NCBI RefSeq assembly: GCF_033795525.1
Contig: NZ_JARYGM010000001.1
Location: forward strand, 206,614-270,613
Source of the DNA: Pigmentiphaga sp.
GTDB lineage: Bacteria > Pseudomonadota > Gammaproteobacteria > Burkholderiales > Burkholderiaceae_B
DNA length: 64,000 nt
Direction of reading: 5' to 3'
The position numbers were made by a program, and so were the translations under genes. The notes below the pieces were generated by a model. That model saw nothing but the letters and a program-made list of their open reading frames with translations. It had not been told where the DNA came from and did no database searches. Below are positions 6,738 through 16,251 of this stretch, piece after piece; the first letter of the stretch is position 1, and every line of letters begins with the position of its first letter.

Positions 6738-8360
6738 ATGCTGCCACTTTGGTATCGAAACGCCATCATCTACCAGGTCGACCCCAGCCTCTTCCGTGAC
6801 GCCAACGGCGACGGACGAGGAGACCTGCAAGGCATCACCAACCGGCTGGAGTACCTGCGCGGCCTGGGCGTCACGTGCCTGTGGCTCATGCCCTTCTACA
6901 CGTCGCCCTTCCATGACTGGGGCTACGACGTGGCAGACCACCTGTCGGTGGATCCCCGCTTCGGCGCCCTGCCTGATGTAGTCACGCTGCTCGAAAAGGC
7001 CGAGGAACTGGGCCTGCGCGTCATCGTGGATCTCGTCGTGCAGCACACTTCGGACCGCCATCCCTGGTTCCAGGCAGCGCGCAGCGACCGGAACTCCCGC
7101 TACCGGGACTACTTCATCTGGGCCGACAAGCCCGAACCCACGGAGGTCAAGCCCATTTTTCCCACGGTCGAAGACAGCGTGTGGACCTGGGACGAAAAGG
7201 CCGGCCAATACTACCGGCACGTGTTCTATTCGCACGAACCGGACTTGAACCTGGGCAACCCCGAGGTCCGCGTCGAGATCGAACGCATCATGGACTTCTG
7301 GCTCAGGCTGGGCGTATCGGGTTTCCGCGTGGACGCCGCCTCGCACATGATAGAGAGCGCCAAGCAGGGCGACCCCACGGACGGCGGCTTCTGGCTGCTC
7401 AACCAAATGCGCCGCTTCGTTTCCCGCCGCAGGGCCGATGCCGTGCTGCTGGGTGAAGTGGACGTGCCGCCGGCCGAATACGCCCAATACTTCGGGCAAG
7501 GGGACCGGCTCACGCTGGTGCTGAACTTCTGGCTGAACAATTACCTCTATCTGTCGCTGGTACGCCAGAGCGCCGAGCCGCTGGCGCGCGCATTGGCCGA
7601 ACAGCCCGTACCGCCAGAAACGGCGCAATATGCGCTCTGGCTGCGCAATCATGACGAACTCGACCTCGAGCGCCTGAGCGAGTCAGAGCGCGAAGAAGTC
7701 ATGGCCTGCTTCGCCCCGGACCCGGAGATGCGCATCTACAACCGCGGCATCCGGCGCCGGCTCCCGCCCATGCTGGGTGGCGACCCGCGCAAGCTTGCCC
7801 TGGTGCATGCGGTGCTGTTCTCGCTGCCTGGCACGCCCATCCTGCGCTATGGCGAAGAAATCGGGATGGGGGACGATCTCTCCCTGCCCGAGCGGCTCGC
7901 GGTGCGTACGGCCATGCAGTGGTCGGACGAACACAATGCGGGGTTCTCGACGGCCGATCCGGACAAGCTCGCGGTGCCGCTGATTCGTACCGGTCCCTAC
8001 GGATATCCCAAGATCAACGTATATGCGCAATCGCTGCATGACGATTCGCTGCTGACCAAGACCGGCAAGATGATCCGCGCCAGGCTGGGCCTGCACGAGA
8101 TCGGCAGCGGCCGATGCCGGGCGGCTGACGTCAATTGCCCGCAGGTACTGGCGCTCAGGCACGAACTGGACGGCGTCGCGGTCGTGACTTTCGCCAATCT
8201 TGGCCCCGACGACGTGGAATTCGAAATCCACGACGAGGACTGCCAGCACATGACCGACGTCATGGCCGACGGCCCCTACGATCCACCCGAGGGCCATCCG
8301 GCCCATATCCGCCTGCGTGGCTACGGCTACCGCTGGCTGCGCCCGCGCGACAAGCTGTAG
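6738..8360 (+). CDS. GH13 alpha-amylase-family protein (trehalose-synthase/amylosucrase-like)
   Basis: WYRNAIIYQVDPSLFRDANGDGRGDLQG, IVDLVVQHTS, GVSGFRVDAASH, LGEVD and LRNHDELD. The start is 3 nt after the preceding stop. Confidence 0.85.
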   Translation: MLPLWYRNAIIYQVDPSLFRDANGDGRGDLQGITNRLEYLRGLGVTCLWLMPFYTSPFHDWGYDVADHLSVDPRFGALPDVVTLLEKAEELGLRVIVDLVVQHTSDRHPWFQAARSDRNSRYRDYFIWADKPEPTEVKPIFPTVEDSVWTWDEKAGQYYRHVFYSHEPDLNLGNPEVRVEIERIMDFWLRLGVSGFRVDAASHMIESAKQGDPTDGGFWLLNQMRRFVSRRRADAVLLGEVDVPPAEYAQYFGQGDRLTLVLNFWLNNYLYLSLVRQSAEPLARALAEQPVPPETAQYALWLRNHDELDLERLSESEREEVMACFAPDPEMRIYNRGIRRRLPPMLGGDPRKLALVHAVLFSLPGTPILRYGEEIGMGDDLSLPERLAVRTAMQWSDEHNAGFSTADPDKLAVPLIRTGPYGYPKINVYAQSLHDDSLLTKTGKMIRARLGLHEIGSGRCRAADVNCPQVLALRHELDGVAVVTFANLGPDDVEFEIHDEDCQHMTDVMADGPYDPPEGHPAHIRLRGYGYRWLRPRDKL

Positions 8361-8385
8361 ACCGCACATTCCGGGAGGCCATCCT

Positions 8386-8760
8386 ATGCAAGCTCTGGGT
8401 AAACGCCGCTGGGTCATTGCCGAAGGCTATCTGCCCCCGTCCAGCACGGGCGAGACACGGCAATTCGTCAGCCACGAAACCGCCTGCATGCTCAATACCG
8501 GCGATGTACCGGCCCAGGTCAGCGTGACAGTATTCTTCGCTGACCGCGAGCCCGCCGGCCCCTACCGCCTGACGGTGCCCCCGCGGCGCACGGTGCACAT
8601 GCGCTTCAACGATCTGAAAGAGCCCGAGCCCATCCCCTTGGATACCGACTACGCCAGCGTCATCGAATCCGACGTCCCCATCGTCGTCCAGCACACCCGG
8701 CTCGACTCTCGACAGGCTGCCCTGGCGCTCATGACCACCATGGCGTGGAGTGCAGAATAG
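8386..8760 (+). CDS. ASRT-family protein (Anabaena sensory rhodopsin transducer homolog, PF07100)
   Basis: WVIAEGYLPP...FVSHETACMLNTGD...EPAGPYRLTVPPRRTVHMRFNDL..PIP.DTDYASVIES.VPIVVQHTRLDSRQ is near-colinear with my recollection of Anabaena ASRT. GGGAGG SD present. Confidence 0.85.
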   Translation: MQALGKRRWVIAEGYLPPSSTGETRQFVSHETACMLNTGDVPAQVSVTVFFADREPAGPYRLTVPPRRTVHMRFNDLKEPEPIPLDTDYASVIESDVPIVVQHTRLDSRQAALALMTTMAWSAE

Positions 8761-8762
8761 CG

Positions 8763-9263
8763 CTACTGGCGCTTGATCACGCTGACGTTCCCGTCGGCTT
8801 CCAGGTAGAGCGCCTTCACTTGTGCGATGGACTCGATTCCTTGCTGGCGGACCTTGGCCTCCAGTTCTTCATCGGTAATGGATTGGCGCCGCATGTTCGC
8901 GCGCAGTTTGCGGCCGTTGCGTACCAGCAGGACTTTTTTCGGATCGACGAAGCTGCGGACCAGCGGGAAGTGGTAGGCCAGCCTGTCCAGGAACATGTTC
9001 CATGCGACCAGCGTGCAGATCAGCAGCGCCGCATCGGCGACGCTCTTGCCCTCTCCGGCCATGCCGTTCTGGGCAGCATCGGCCACGATCACGATCAGCA
9101 GGATGTCTGCGATGCCCATCGAGCCCACGTCGCGCCGCACGACAAAGCGGAACAACAGGAACAACAACCAGTAAATGGCCGTGCCCCGGACCAGGGTCTC
9201 GAGTGGGGATATGGAAAAAACGAAGATGTCGGACCACTCCAAGCTGAGCCAATCCAAGGCCAT
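8763..9263 (-). CDS. DUF421 (YetF-like) membrane protein
   Basis: Two or three N-terminal TM helices, then LLVRNGRKLRANMRRQSITDEELEAKVRQQGIESIAQVKALYLEADGNVSV, which is typical of DUF421. Confidence 0.75.
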   Translation of the reverse strand: MALDWLSLEWSDIFVFSISPLETLVRGTAIYWLLFLLFRFVVRRDVGSMGIADILLIVIVADAAQNGMAGEGKSVADAALLICTLVAWNMFLDRLAYHFPLVRSFVDPKKVLLVRNGRKLRANMRRQSITDEELEAKVRQQGIESIAQVKALYLEADGNVSVIKRQ

Positions 9264-9316
9264 CCCCTAGAGTCAGGATGAGCCGGAGTCCGCAAAAAAC
9301 GGGCCTGGCTTGGAGG

Positions 9317-9393
<77 letters not shown>

Positions 9394-9435
9394 TCCGGGG
9401 CGAAAGTTTAACACCATGCCCCCTGGGGCCTGCCG

Positions 9436-10500
9436 TCACGCCAACCCGTCCAGGAAGGCCAGCAAGCGCCGCTCGGCCGCGACCAACCCCCTCGGGCCCC
9501 GCGCCGGCCAGACCTGGGGCAGGCTCCCCTCCAGGTAAGCCTCGACGATGGCAGGATGGATGTAGCAGGTACGGCAGACCGCCGGGGTATTGCCCAGCCG
9601 CTGCGCTACCTCGCGTACAACCTCCGCGACGATCTTGCGTGCCTCATGTACGCCGGTATGCGGCATTGTCCGCAGCGACTCCAGGGCCATGACGGACCCG
9701 GCCCAGGTCCGGTAGTGCTTGGCCGTGAAATCGCCTCCCCCGGCCTCGCGCAAGTAAGCGTTGACGGCAGCCGAATCGATGCCATGAGGCTGGCCCGTCT
9801 CGTCCAGATAATGGAATAGCGTCTGTCCCGGTATTTCCATGCACTGGCGCATCACACGCGCCACGCGCCGGTCGGAAATGGTGACGTCATGCTCGACGCC
9901 GCTCTTGCCCCGAAAACGAAGGCGGATCCGCGTGCCCGACGTGGAAGCGTGCCGGCACGTGAGCGTCGTCAATCCGAAAGATCGATTCTGCCTGGCATAG
10001 GCCCGGTTGCCGACGCGGACCAGGGTGGTCTCGAGCAGCCGCACCACGGTCGCCAGCACCTTCTCCTCGCCCAGGCCCGGTGCGGCCAGCGCATGGTCGA
10101 CCCGGCGGCGGATGCGCGGCAGTGCGCGTCCGAACTCGGCCAGCTGGCCGTACTTGTCGGCATCGCGCACCTGCTGCCAAAGCGGGTGATAGCGATACTG
10201 TTTGCGGCCTCGCGCATCGCGGGCCGTGGCCTGGATGTGGCCGGCGGGGTTGGGGCAGATCCATACATCGGTATAGGCCGGCGGAATGGCCAGCGCGTCG
10301 ATACGCGCGATCTCTTCAGGATCGCGGATGCGTTCCCCCCGCTGGTCGAAGTAGACGAACCGCCCGCGCAGCACGCGGCGGCTGTACCCGGCGGTCGTGT
10401 CATCCACGTAAACCAGCGCGGGACGGCCGCCCGCTGGCAAGGAGCTCGGGCTGCGGGATGACCGGCGCGCGGCTGGCACGGAAGCGGAAACGAAATCCAT
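9436..10500 (-). CDS. bacterial type IB DNA topoisomerase
   Basis: GRFVYFDQRGERIRDPEEIARIDALAIPPAYTDVWICPNPAGHIQATARDARGRKQYRYHP and the C-terminal NTPAVCRTCYIHP (catalytic Tyr context). Trimmed to ATG 10500. Confidence 0.85.
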   Translation of the reverse strand: MDFVSASVPAARRSSRSPSSLPAGGRPALVYVDDTTAGYSRRVLRGRFVYFDQRGERIRDPEEIARIDALAIPPAYTDVWICPNPAGHIQATARDARGRKQYRYHPLWQQVRDADKYGQLAEFGRALPRIRRRVDHALAAPGLGEEKVLATVVRLLETTLVRVGNRAYARQNRSFGLTTLTCRHASTSGTRIRLRFRGKSGVEHDVTISDRRVARVMRQCMEIPGQTLFHYLDETGQPHGIDSAAVNAYLREAGGGDFTAKHYRTWAGSVMALESLRTMPHTGVHEARKIVAEVVREVAQRLGNTPAVCRTCYIHPAIVEAYLEGSLPQVWPARGPRGLVAAERRLLAFLDGLA

Positions 10501-10681
10501 GCCGGTTTCGAGCACGGTTCGTGCCAAGCCGGCCCTGCCTGCGCGCCTATGCGGACGACGTCGCGGGGCGATGAAAAAACTACCCGCCCGCCGCGCAGAA
10601 CCTTCCCGCGAGCTTGGCGCCTGCCGCCCTATCGCCGACAATGCCCGAGGGTTTCCCCACCCCATGATCCGAGGAGCAACC

Positions 10682-11620
10682 ATGTGGCAAGCATCGCAGC
10701 GCTACCCCGACCCCGCCGTCCGGGTCCTCGACCCGCGGTTCGAGCAATACCGGCTGCCATCGGCGGGCATCGAACGTCTGGCGACCGGCTGCCGGTGGAA
10801 CGAAGGGCCGGTCTGGTTCGGCGACGGCCGTTTCCTGCTGTGGAGCGACATCCCCAACGACCGCGTTATGCGCTGGGACGAGACCACAGGCTCGGTCACC
10901 GTTTTCCGCTCGCCGTCGGGACATGCGAACGGCATGACACGAGACCGACAGGGCCGGCTCATTACGTGCGAACACAGCGGTCGACGCCTGGTCCGGACCG
11001 AACACGATGGCGCCACGACGGTGCTGATGGACCGCTTCGATGGCGGGCGGCTCAACTCGCCCAATGACGTCGTAGTGCGATCCGACGGCTCGATCTGGTT
11101 CTCCGACCCGCCATTCGGCATCGCCGGGTACTACCAGGGATTGCCCGCAGAGCAGGAGCTGCCTGCCAACCTCTACCGGCTCGACCCCGCCACGGGCCGT
11201 GCCGACGTGGCGGCCGGCGACATCGCGAGCCCCAACGGCCTCGCCTTCTCGCCCGACGAATCCGTACTGTACGTCGTGGAGTCCCGGTCCAAGCCGCGCC
11301 ATATTCTGGCCTTCGACGTGACGGAGGATGGCGCGCGCCTGGCGAACCGGCGCGTCGTGATCGATGCTGGGCCTGGCACCCCCGACGGACTGCGCGTGGA
11401 CGTGGACGGCAATCTGTGGTGCGGTTGGGGCATGGGGACCGAGGAGCTGGACGGCGTGCGCGTCTTTACGCCTGCGGGCGAACCCATCGGCCACATTTCG
11501 CTTCCCGAGCGCTGCGCCAACCTCTGCTTCGGCGGCCGGCACCGGAATCGGCTGTTCATGGCGGCCAGCACTTCCATTTACGCACTCTACGTCAATACCC
11601 AGGGGGTGGCAGGCGGCTAA
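10682..11620 (+). CDS. SMP-30/gluconolactonase/LRE-family protein
   Basis: RWNEGPVWFGDGRFLLWSDIPNDRVMRW, HANGMTRDRQGRLITCEH, LNSPNDVVVRSDGSIWFSDP and SPNGLAFSPDE. GAGGAG SD present. Confidence 0.85.
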   Translation: MWQASQRYPDPAVRVLDPRFEQYRLPSAGIERLATGCRWNEGPVWFGDGRFLLWSDIPNDRVMRWDETTGSVTVFRSPSGHANGMTRDRQGRLITCEHSGRRLVRTEHDGATTVLMDRFDGGRLNSPNDVVVRSDGSIWFSDPPFGIAGYYQGLPAEQELPANLYRLDPATGRADVAAGDIASPNGLAFSPDESVLYVVESRSKPRHILAFDVTEDGARLANRRVVIDAGPGTPDGLRVDVDGNLWCGWGMGTEELDGVRVFTPAGEPIGHISLPERCANLCFGGRHRNRLFMAASTSIYALYVNTQGVAGG

Positions 11621-11628
11621 TCGCTGCT

Positions 11629-12612
11629 TCAGTCGAGCTGGAGGTTGAGTTTGCGCAACACCTTTTCCCACTTGGCCGACTCGGCGTGCACGAAGGCGGT
11701 GAACTCGGCTACCGACATGGGATTTGCCTCGGCACCCAACGCCACCATGCGTTCCTGCACCGGGGGCGTAGCGACGACCTGGTTGATGGCCTGATTCAGG
11801 CGCTGGATGATCTCCGGGGGTGTGCGTGCCGGCGCAAAGACGCCATACCATGCGCTGGCTGCGTAACCTGGAACGCCCGCCTCGGCGATGGTGGGCACGT
11901 CCGGCAGCGCCACCGAACGCTTGGCATTGGCCACTGCAATCGGCCGCAGTTTTTGCTGCTTCACATAGGGCAGCACAGTGGCCATGTCGAAGGTCATGTC
12001 TACCCGGCCGCTGAACAGATCAGGCATCGCGGGAGCGATGCCTTTATAGGGCACGTGCTGAAGCCTGATGCGCGCCATGGACTGCAGCAGTTCACCGGCC
12101 AGGTGCTGGGAAGCTCCCTGCCCGCCGGTGGCGTAGGACAGCTGGCCGGGATGGGCCTTCGCATAAGCGAGCAGTTCCTTCATGTCCCGTATGGGAAGCT
12201 GCGGATTGACGACGAGCAGCAGCGTTCCAGCGCCCGCCATGGCCACCGGCGCGAATTCCTTCTGCGGATCGAACCGGGTGTTCCGATAAACGAAAGGATT
12301 AGTGGCGTTCGTTCCTATCGAGCCCATGAGCAGCGTCAAACCGTCCGGTGCGCTACGCGCCACCGCCTCGGCCCCGATGTTGCCGCCGGCCCCGGGCCGG
12401 TTCTCGACCACGATGGTCCAGCCTTGCTCGTCACCCAGCCGTTCGGCGATCAGTCGGGCCAGGATGTCGGTCAGCCCACCCGCCTGGAAGGGCACGATTA
12501 GGCGTATCGGTCCGGCGGGATAGCTGGCCGCGCCCACTGCCGGCATGGAGACCGCCGCGCCGGCCAGGGCCAGCCAGACCCGTCGCCGCAAATTTTCCAT
12601 GATCCGCTTCAT
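11629..12612 (-). CDS. Bug-family (TctC-like) tripartite tricarboxylate transporter substrate-binding protein
   Basis: Signal peptide, then YPAGPIRLIVPFQAGGLTDILARLIAERL...VVENRPGAGGNIGAEAV, the Bug family signature. Confidence 0.9.
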   Translation of the reverse strand: MKRIMENLRRRVWLALAGAAVSMPAVGAASYPAGPIRLIVPFQAGGLTDILARLIAERLGDEQGWTIVVENRPGAGGNIGAEAVARSAPDGLTLLMGSIGTNATNPFVYRNTRFDPQKEFAPVAMAGAGTLLLVVNPQLPIRDMKELLAYAKAHPGQLSYATGGQGASQHLAGELLQSMARIRLQHVPYKGIAPAMPDLFSGRVDMTFDMATVLPYVKQQKLRPIAVANAKRSVALPDVPTIAEAGVPGYAASAWYGVFAPARTPPEIIQRLNQAINQVVATPPVQERMVALGAEANPMSVAEFTAFVHAESAKWEKVLRKLNLQLD

Positions 12613-12658
12613 TGCTGCCTCCTAGCGCTTGCCGGCCGCCGACGGGGCCGGTCTGAAT

Positions 12659-14092
12659 TCAATGCGTGCCATCGAGAATGGCGCCGGCCTCCCTGAGGCT
12701 GGCGCGCAGGTCCTGGACCGGCAGCGATCTGAACGCCCTGCCTCCTCGCGCCACCAGCATGGCGGCGGCGGTCCCCGCTGCCTCGCCCATCGCCATGCAG
12801 GGCCCCATGACCCGGACGGAACCATGCGCGGCGCGGTCAGCCGACACGCAACGCCCGGCCAGCGCGACGTTGTCCAATCCGGCCGGCAACAGACAGCCCC
12901 AAGGAATGTCGTAAGAGCCGCCATCGTCTACGGGAATGCGGATCTGCCCCGTGCCGTCCTGGTGGATGTCGACATGGTGGCTGCCCTTGCCGATGCCATC
13001 GTCGCGCTTTCTGGCACGCAGCACGTCTTCCCTCAGCAACGTGGCGTCGCCGTGCAAACGGCGCGTCTCGCGCACGCCGATGCGCGGCGCCATGCCGCTG
13101 AATGCGGACCCTTCGAATCCCGGCACGCTTTCCTGCATGAACCGCACGCAGGTTTCCACCTGGCCGGCCAGCGTCGCCAGCGCGGGACCGAGCGCGCGCG
13201 TCTGCAATGCGTTGACATTGGCGATCCGCGTCGTGTTCAGACAGACTTCGCGGCGCGTGGCCGAGGTCGGCTGGATCATGATCAACGCGGTCGGGTACAT
13301 GCGGCCCTGCTCGATGGCCTGAGCCAGCAACGGGCCATCGCCCTTGATGAAGACGGTAGGCTGCCCTTGCGCGATTAGTTCCTGCGCGATCTCGTCGTCG
13401 CTGCGTCCGCCCCGGATGGCATCGCTCTCGCCCAGCGCAAAATGCTCGGGCGCGCTGCGCAGGAATCGCAGCAGCGCCGGCGTATCGACCCCGCTCATTC
13501 TGAACATCAAGGACAAGGGCTGGAATTCGCCGCCCTCTCCGCCGATGTCAAACGAACCTCCCGCTTGGGCCACCAAGTCGCCGTCGCCCGACGCATCGAC
13601 GAACACCGGCGCACATACCCGCGTCAGCCCATGTTTGTTGTAGACGTGCACGGCTCGCACCTCGCCGGCTTCGTGCTCGACGCCGACCATGAAGCTCTGC
13701 AGCCACAGCTCGACGCCATGCCGCGCAAGCAATTGCGCCACCGCCAACTTCATGACTTCGGGGTCGAAGCAGACGTAGTGGATGAGCCGCCAGTCGTTCA
13801 AGGGGCCGATATAGCCGCCGAGCCGATTGCACGCGTCGAACAGCTTGCGGCCAACCCCGCCGAGTATCCATTCGCCGCGCGCGTTCAGTGCGCCATCGAC
13901 CGCCATACCGGTCAACAGTTCGCCGCCGGGCATGGGACCGGCGTCGATCAGAAGCGTGCGCGCGCCGCTGCCGGCTGCCGCCAGGGCCGCGCATACGCCC
14001 GCGGCGCCCGCCCCCACGACGACGACATCGGCCCGCACCTGCTCCACGTTCGCCTGCCCCAGGGCATGGCCGGCCTGTGCAAAAATGTTCAT
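12659..14092 (-). CDS. FAD-dependent oxidoreductase (PF12831-like)
   Basis: DVVVVGAGAAGVCAALAAA dinucleotide fold, plus VDASGDGDL, LMFRM, VPGFE, GVRETRR and AGRCVS. It is a paralog of the 19212-20639 gene. Confidence 0.8.
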   Translation of the reverse strand: MNIFAQAGHALGQANVEQVRADVVVVGAGAAGVCAALAAAGSGARTLLIDAGPMPGGELLTGMAVDGALNARGEWILGGVGRKLFDACNRLGGYIGPLNDWRLIHYVCFDPEVMKLAVAQLLARHGVELWLQSFMVGVEHEAGEVRAVHVYNKHGLTRVCAPVFVDASGDGDLVAQAGGSFDIGGEGGEFQPLSLMFRMSGVDTPALLRFLRSAPEHFALGESDAIRGGRSDDEIAQELIAQGQPTVFIKGDGPLLAQAIEQGRMYPTALIMIQPTSATRREVCLNTTRIANVNALQTRALGPALATLAGQVETCVRFMQESVPGFEGSAFSGMAPRIGVRETRRLHGDATLLREDVLRARKRDDGIGKGSHHVDIHQDGTGQIRIPVDDGGSYDIPWGCLLPAGLDNVALAGRCVSADRAAHGSVRVMGPCMAMGEAAGTAAAMLVARGGRAFRSLPVQDLRASLREAGAILDGTH

Positions 14093-14191
14093 GATTTAAA
14101 AAACTCTCCCGTGCCAGAATGATGCCTTTCCGGGGATTATGTATTCACAACGCCTGGCATCACGAGAACTCGCCCCCAAAATGTTTACATC

Positions 14192-15004
14192 ATGAACAAA
14201 CAGACCGCGTCCGTTGGACGCCGAACCGGCCCGCCCGCCGCCTCACCCCCTGCCGGCGCGCAATTGCTCGAACGCGCGTTCCGTATTCTTCGTGCGCTGT
14301 CCAGCCGCCGTTCGGGCTGGCGCCTGTCCGAGCTGGCCGAGTATTGCCAGCTGCACCACGCCACCGTCCACCGCATTCTGGCGGCGCTCCTGCGTGAGGA
14401 AATGGTTGCCCGGATTCCGCACACGCAGTACTACACGCTGGGACGCCTGGCTTTCGAGTTCGGCGTGGCCGCCGCCCCCCGGCACGACTGGCGGAGCATG
14501 GGCGGCCCGTCCCTCGACCGGCTGGCCGGTGAGACTGGCGATACCGCTTTTCTCAATATTCGGAGCGGCCACGAATCCGTATGCGTGGATCGCCGGGAGG
14601 GCGGCTATCCGCTCAAAGCCTTGACCGTGGAAGTGGGCGCGCGTCGTCCCTTATGCGTGTCCGCTGGCGGCGCCGCCATCCTCGCCGGATTGCCTCCCGA
14701 CGAAGTCGCGGCGGTCTTCACCGCCAGCGCCGCATATCTCGGCAGGTTCTCGCCGGATCGGCTGGCATCAATGCGGCGCATGGTGGAGACCTCGCGGGCA
14801 CTGGGCTACGGGTATAACGGCGACATGATCATCCCGGGGGTCAGCGCCGTAGGCGTAGCCGTGCGGGACTTCGCAGGAAGACCGGTGGCCGCGCTCAGCG
14901 TCGCGGCCGCCACCGAGCGGCTCTCGGGGCCGCGGCTGGAAGAGGTGGTCGATCTGCTGCGCGCGGAAGCCGCTCGCATTGACGCGCGTCTGGCGGCGCG
15001 CTAG
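14192..15004 (+). CDS. IclR-family transcriptional regulator
   Basis: LLERAFRILRALSS...WRLSELAEYCQLHHATVHRILAALLREEMV HTH plus an IclR effector domain. Confidence 0.85.
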   Translation: MNKQTASVGRRTGPPAASPPAGAQLLERAFRILRALSSRRSGWRLSELAEYCQLHHATVHRILAALLREEMVARIPHTQYYTLGRLAFEFGVAAAPRHDWRSMGGPSLDRLAGETGDTAFLNIRSGHESVCVDRREGGYPLKALTVEVGARRPLCVSAGGAAILAGLPPDEVAAVFTASAAYLGRFSPDRLASMRRMVETSRALGYGYNGDMIIPGVSAVGVAVRDFAGRPVAALSVAAATERLSGPRLEEVVDLLRAEAARIDARLAAR

Positions 15005-15927
15005 CGGCGGTGATTGACCAGCACCAGGCCGGCAACGACCAAGGCCACGGCAAGCAGAAAGAGCGGACCGATCGGCTCGCGCAGGATCAACGCCGCAAAG
15101 GCCACGCCGAACAGCGGCGACATGGAGGTGCCGGCTTGCAGCGTGCTGGCCGGATAGGCCGCGAGCAGACGCAACCATAGCAGGAAGGTGATCGCCGCGA
15201 TCCAGACGGTCTGGTAGGCCATCGCCATGGCTGGAGCAAACGCCACGGCCCCCATCGACTCGCCCGCCACCGCGGCGGCGCCCAGGCCCACGATCGCGGA
15301 TACCCCATGGTGATACAGCAGCACCTTCTCGGGCGCCACGGTAGCCAGGCTCGACGCCTTGATCGCCAGAGTGGTTGCTGCCCATAACATAGCGGCGGCG
15401 ATCATCATGAGGTCACCCCATAGCGCGTAAGGTGAGGTCGCCGCGCGGGGCACGCCCATTACGATCGCCGTGCCGCAGAAGGACAGGAACAAGCCCATCC
15501 ACTGAGGCCAGCGAAGCCGCTCGGCGGGCAGCAGCCAGGTCGCGCCCAGCGCGACGAAGAACGGCGCGGTATACAGGAACAGGGACGTCCGGCTCGCATC
15601 GGTCCATTGCAGGCCGACATAGATCAACACGAACTCGCCAGCGAACAAAAGCGCGGAGAAAATTCCCAGCCACAGCGAACCGTCGCGGGCCAACAATTTG
15701 CCCCGCCCCGTTAACACGCAATAGACCAGCAGCAGCAGGCCGGCCCCCGCGGAACGTATGCCCATCTGCAGCAAGGGCGGAAAAGCAGGCAGCGCGATCT
15801 TGACGGAAACCTGCTGCGCGCCCCAACTGGCGCAAAGCAGAACGAGCATCGCAATGGCGGGGACATCCAGGGAGCGTTTGGACACGGCGGGAGGACTGTT
15901 GTTGTTCTCAGGCGGAGTTTCGCACAT
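15001..15927 (-). CDS. EamA/DMT-family transporter
   Basis: About ten TM helices in two EamA repeats. The start is uncertain (ATG 15927 chosen; 16020 possible). The stop shares CTAG with the iclR stop. Confidence 0.75.
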   Translation of the reverse strand: MCETPPENNNSPPAVSKRSLDVPAIAMLVLLCASWGAQQVSVKIALPAFPPLLQMGIRSAGAGLLLLVYCVLTGRGKLLARDGSLWLGIFSALLFAGEFVLIYVGLQWTDASRTSLFLYTAPFFVALGATWLLPAERLRWPQWMGLFLSFCGTAIVMGVPRAATSPYALWGDLMMIAAAMLWAATTLAIKASSLATVAPEKVLLYHHGVSAIVGLGAAAVAGESMGAVAFAPAMAMAYQTVWIAAITFLLWLRLLAAYPASTLQAGTSMSPLFGVAFAALILREPIGPLFLLAVALVVAGLVLVNHRR

Positions 15928-15968
15928 GCCCGCCGCCACGGCCGGGCAAGAGCAAGAGGCGTGACCTT

Positions 15969-15983
15969 GGGCATGGGACTTGC
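15969..15983 (+). promoter_or_regulatory. sigma54-like -24/-12 promoter candidate
   Basis: tGGGCATgggacTTGCc has the same TGGGCAT-N5-TTGC form as the site at 1983-1999. It is 36 nt upstream of ATG 16019. Confidence 0.35.
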
Positions 15984-16018
15984 CGCCCGAACGCTGGTAT
16001 CGATACAAGGAGACCGTC

Positions 16019-16225
16019 ATGACGTCCCGACCTGCACCGCCAGCCGATGAAATGGTCAATCCCGAGGAAGGTGAGGCGCCTCCCGCCCCCGCCCCCAAAG
16101 AGGCGACCGAACTGCGCAACCCCGGTCTTGCCGGCTCGCCGGAATCGCCCGCTCCGCCGCCCGACGCCGACCGCTTGAAAGACGAGGGCAGCGATCCGAA
16201 CAAGACCGGCGCGCGGCGGGGCTGA
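16019..16225 (+). CDS. candidate small proline/glutamate-rich acidic protein (68 aa)
   Basis: AAGGAG (16007-16012) lies 6 nt before the ATG. Third-position G+C is about 75% by my count. A -24/-12-like motif lies upstream. No homolog recognised. Confidence 0.35.
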   Translation: MTSRPAPPADEMVNPEEGEAPPAPAPKEATELRNPGLAGSPESPAPPPDADRLKDEGSDPNKTGARRG

Positions 16226-16251
16226 TGGCCCCGTGTCGAGGGAAGACGACG

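Noticed and set aside
15001-16203. 400-aa long form of the EamA transporter.
   Set aside because: The extra N-terminus is G/A/S/P-rich with no TM segments and overlaps a better-supported small ORF on the other strand. The start was set at 15927.
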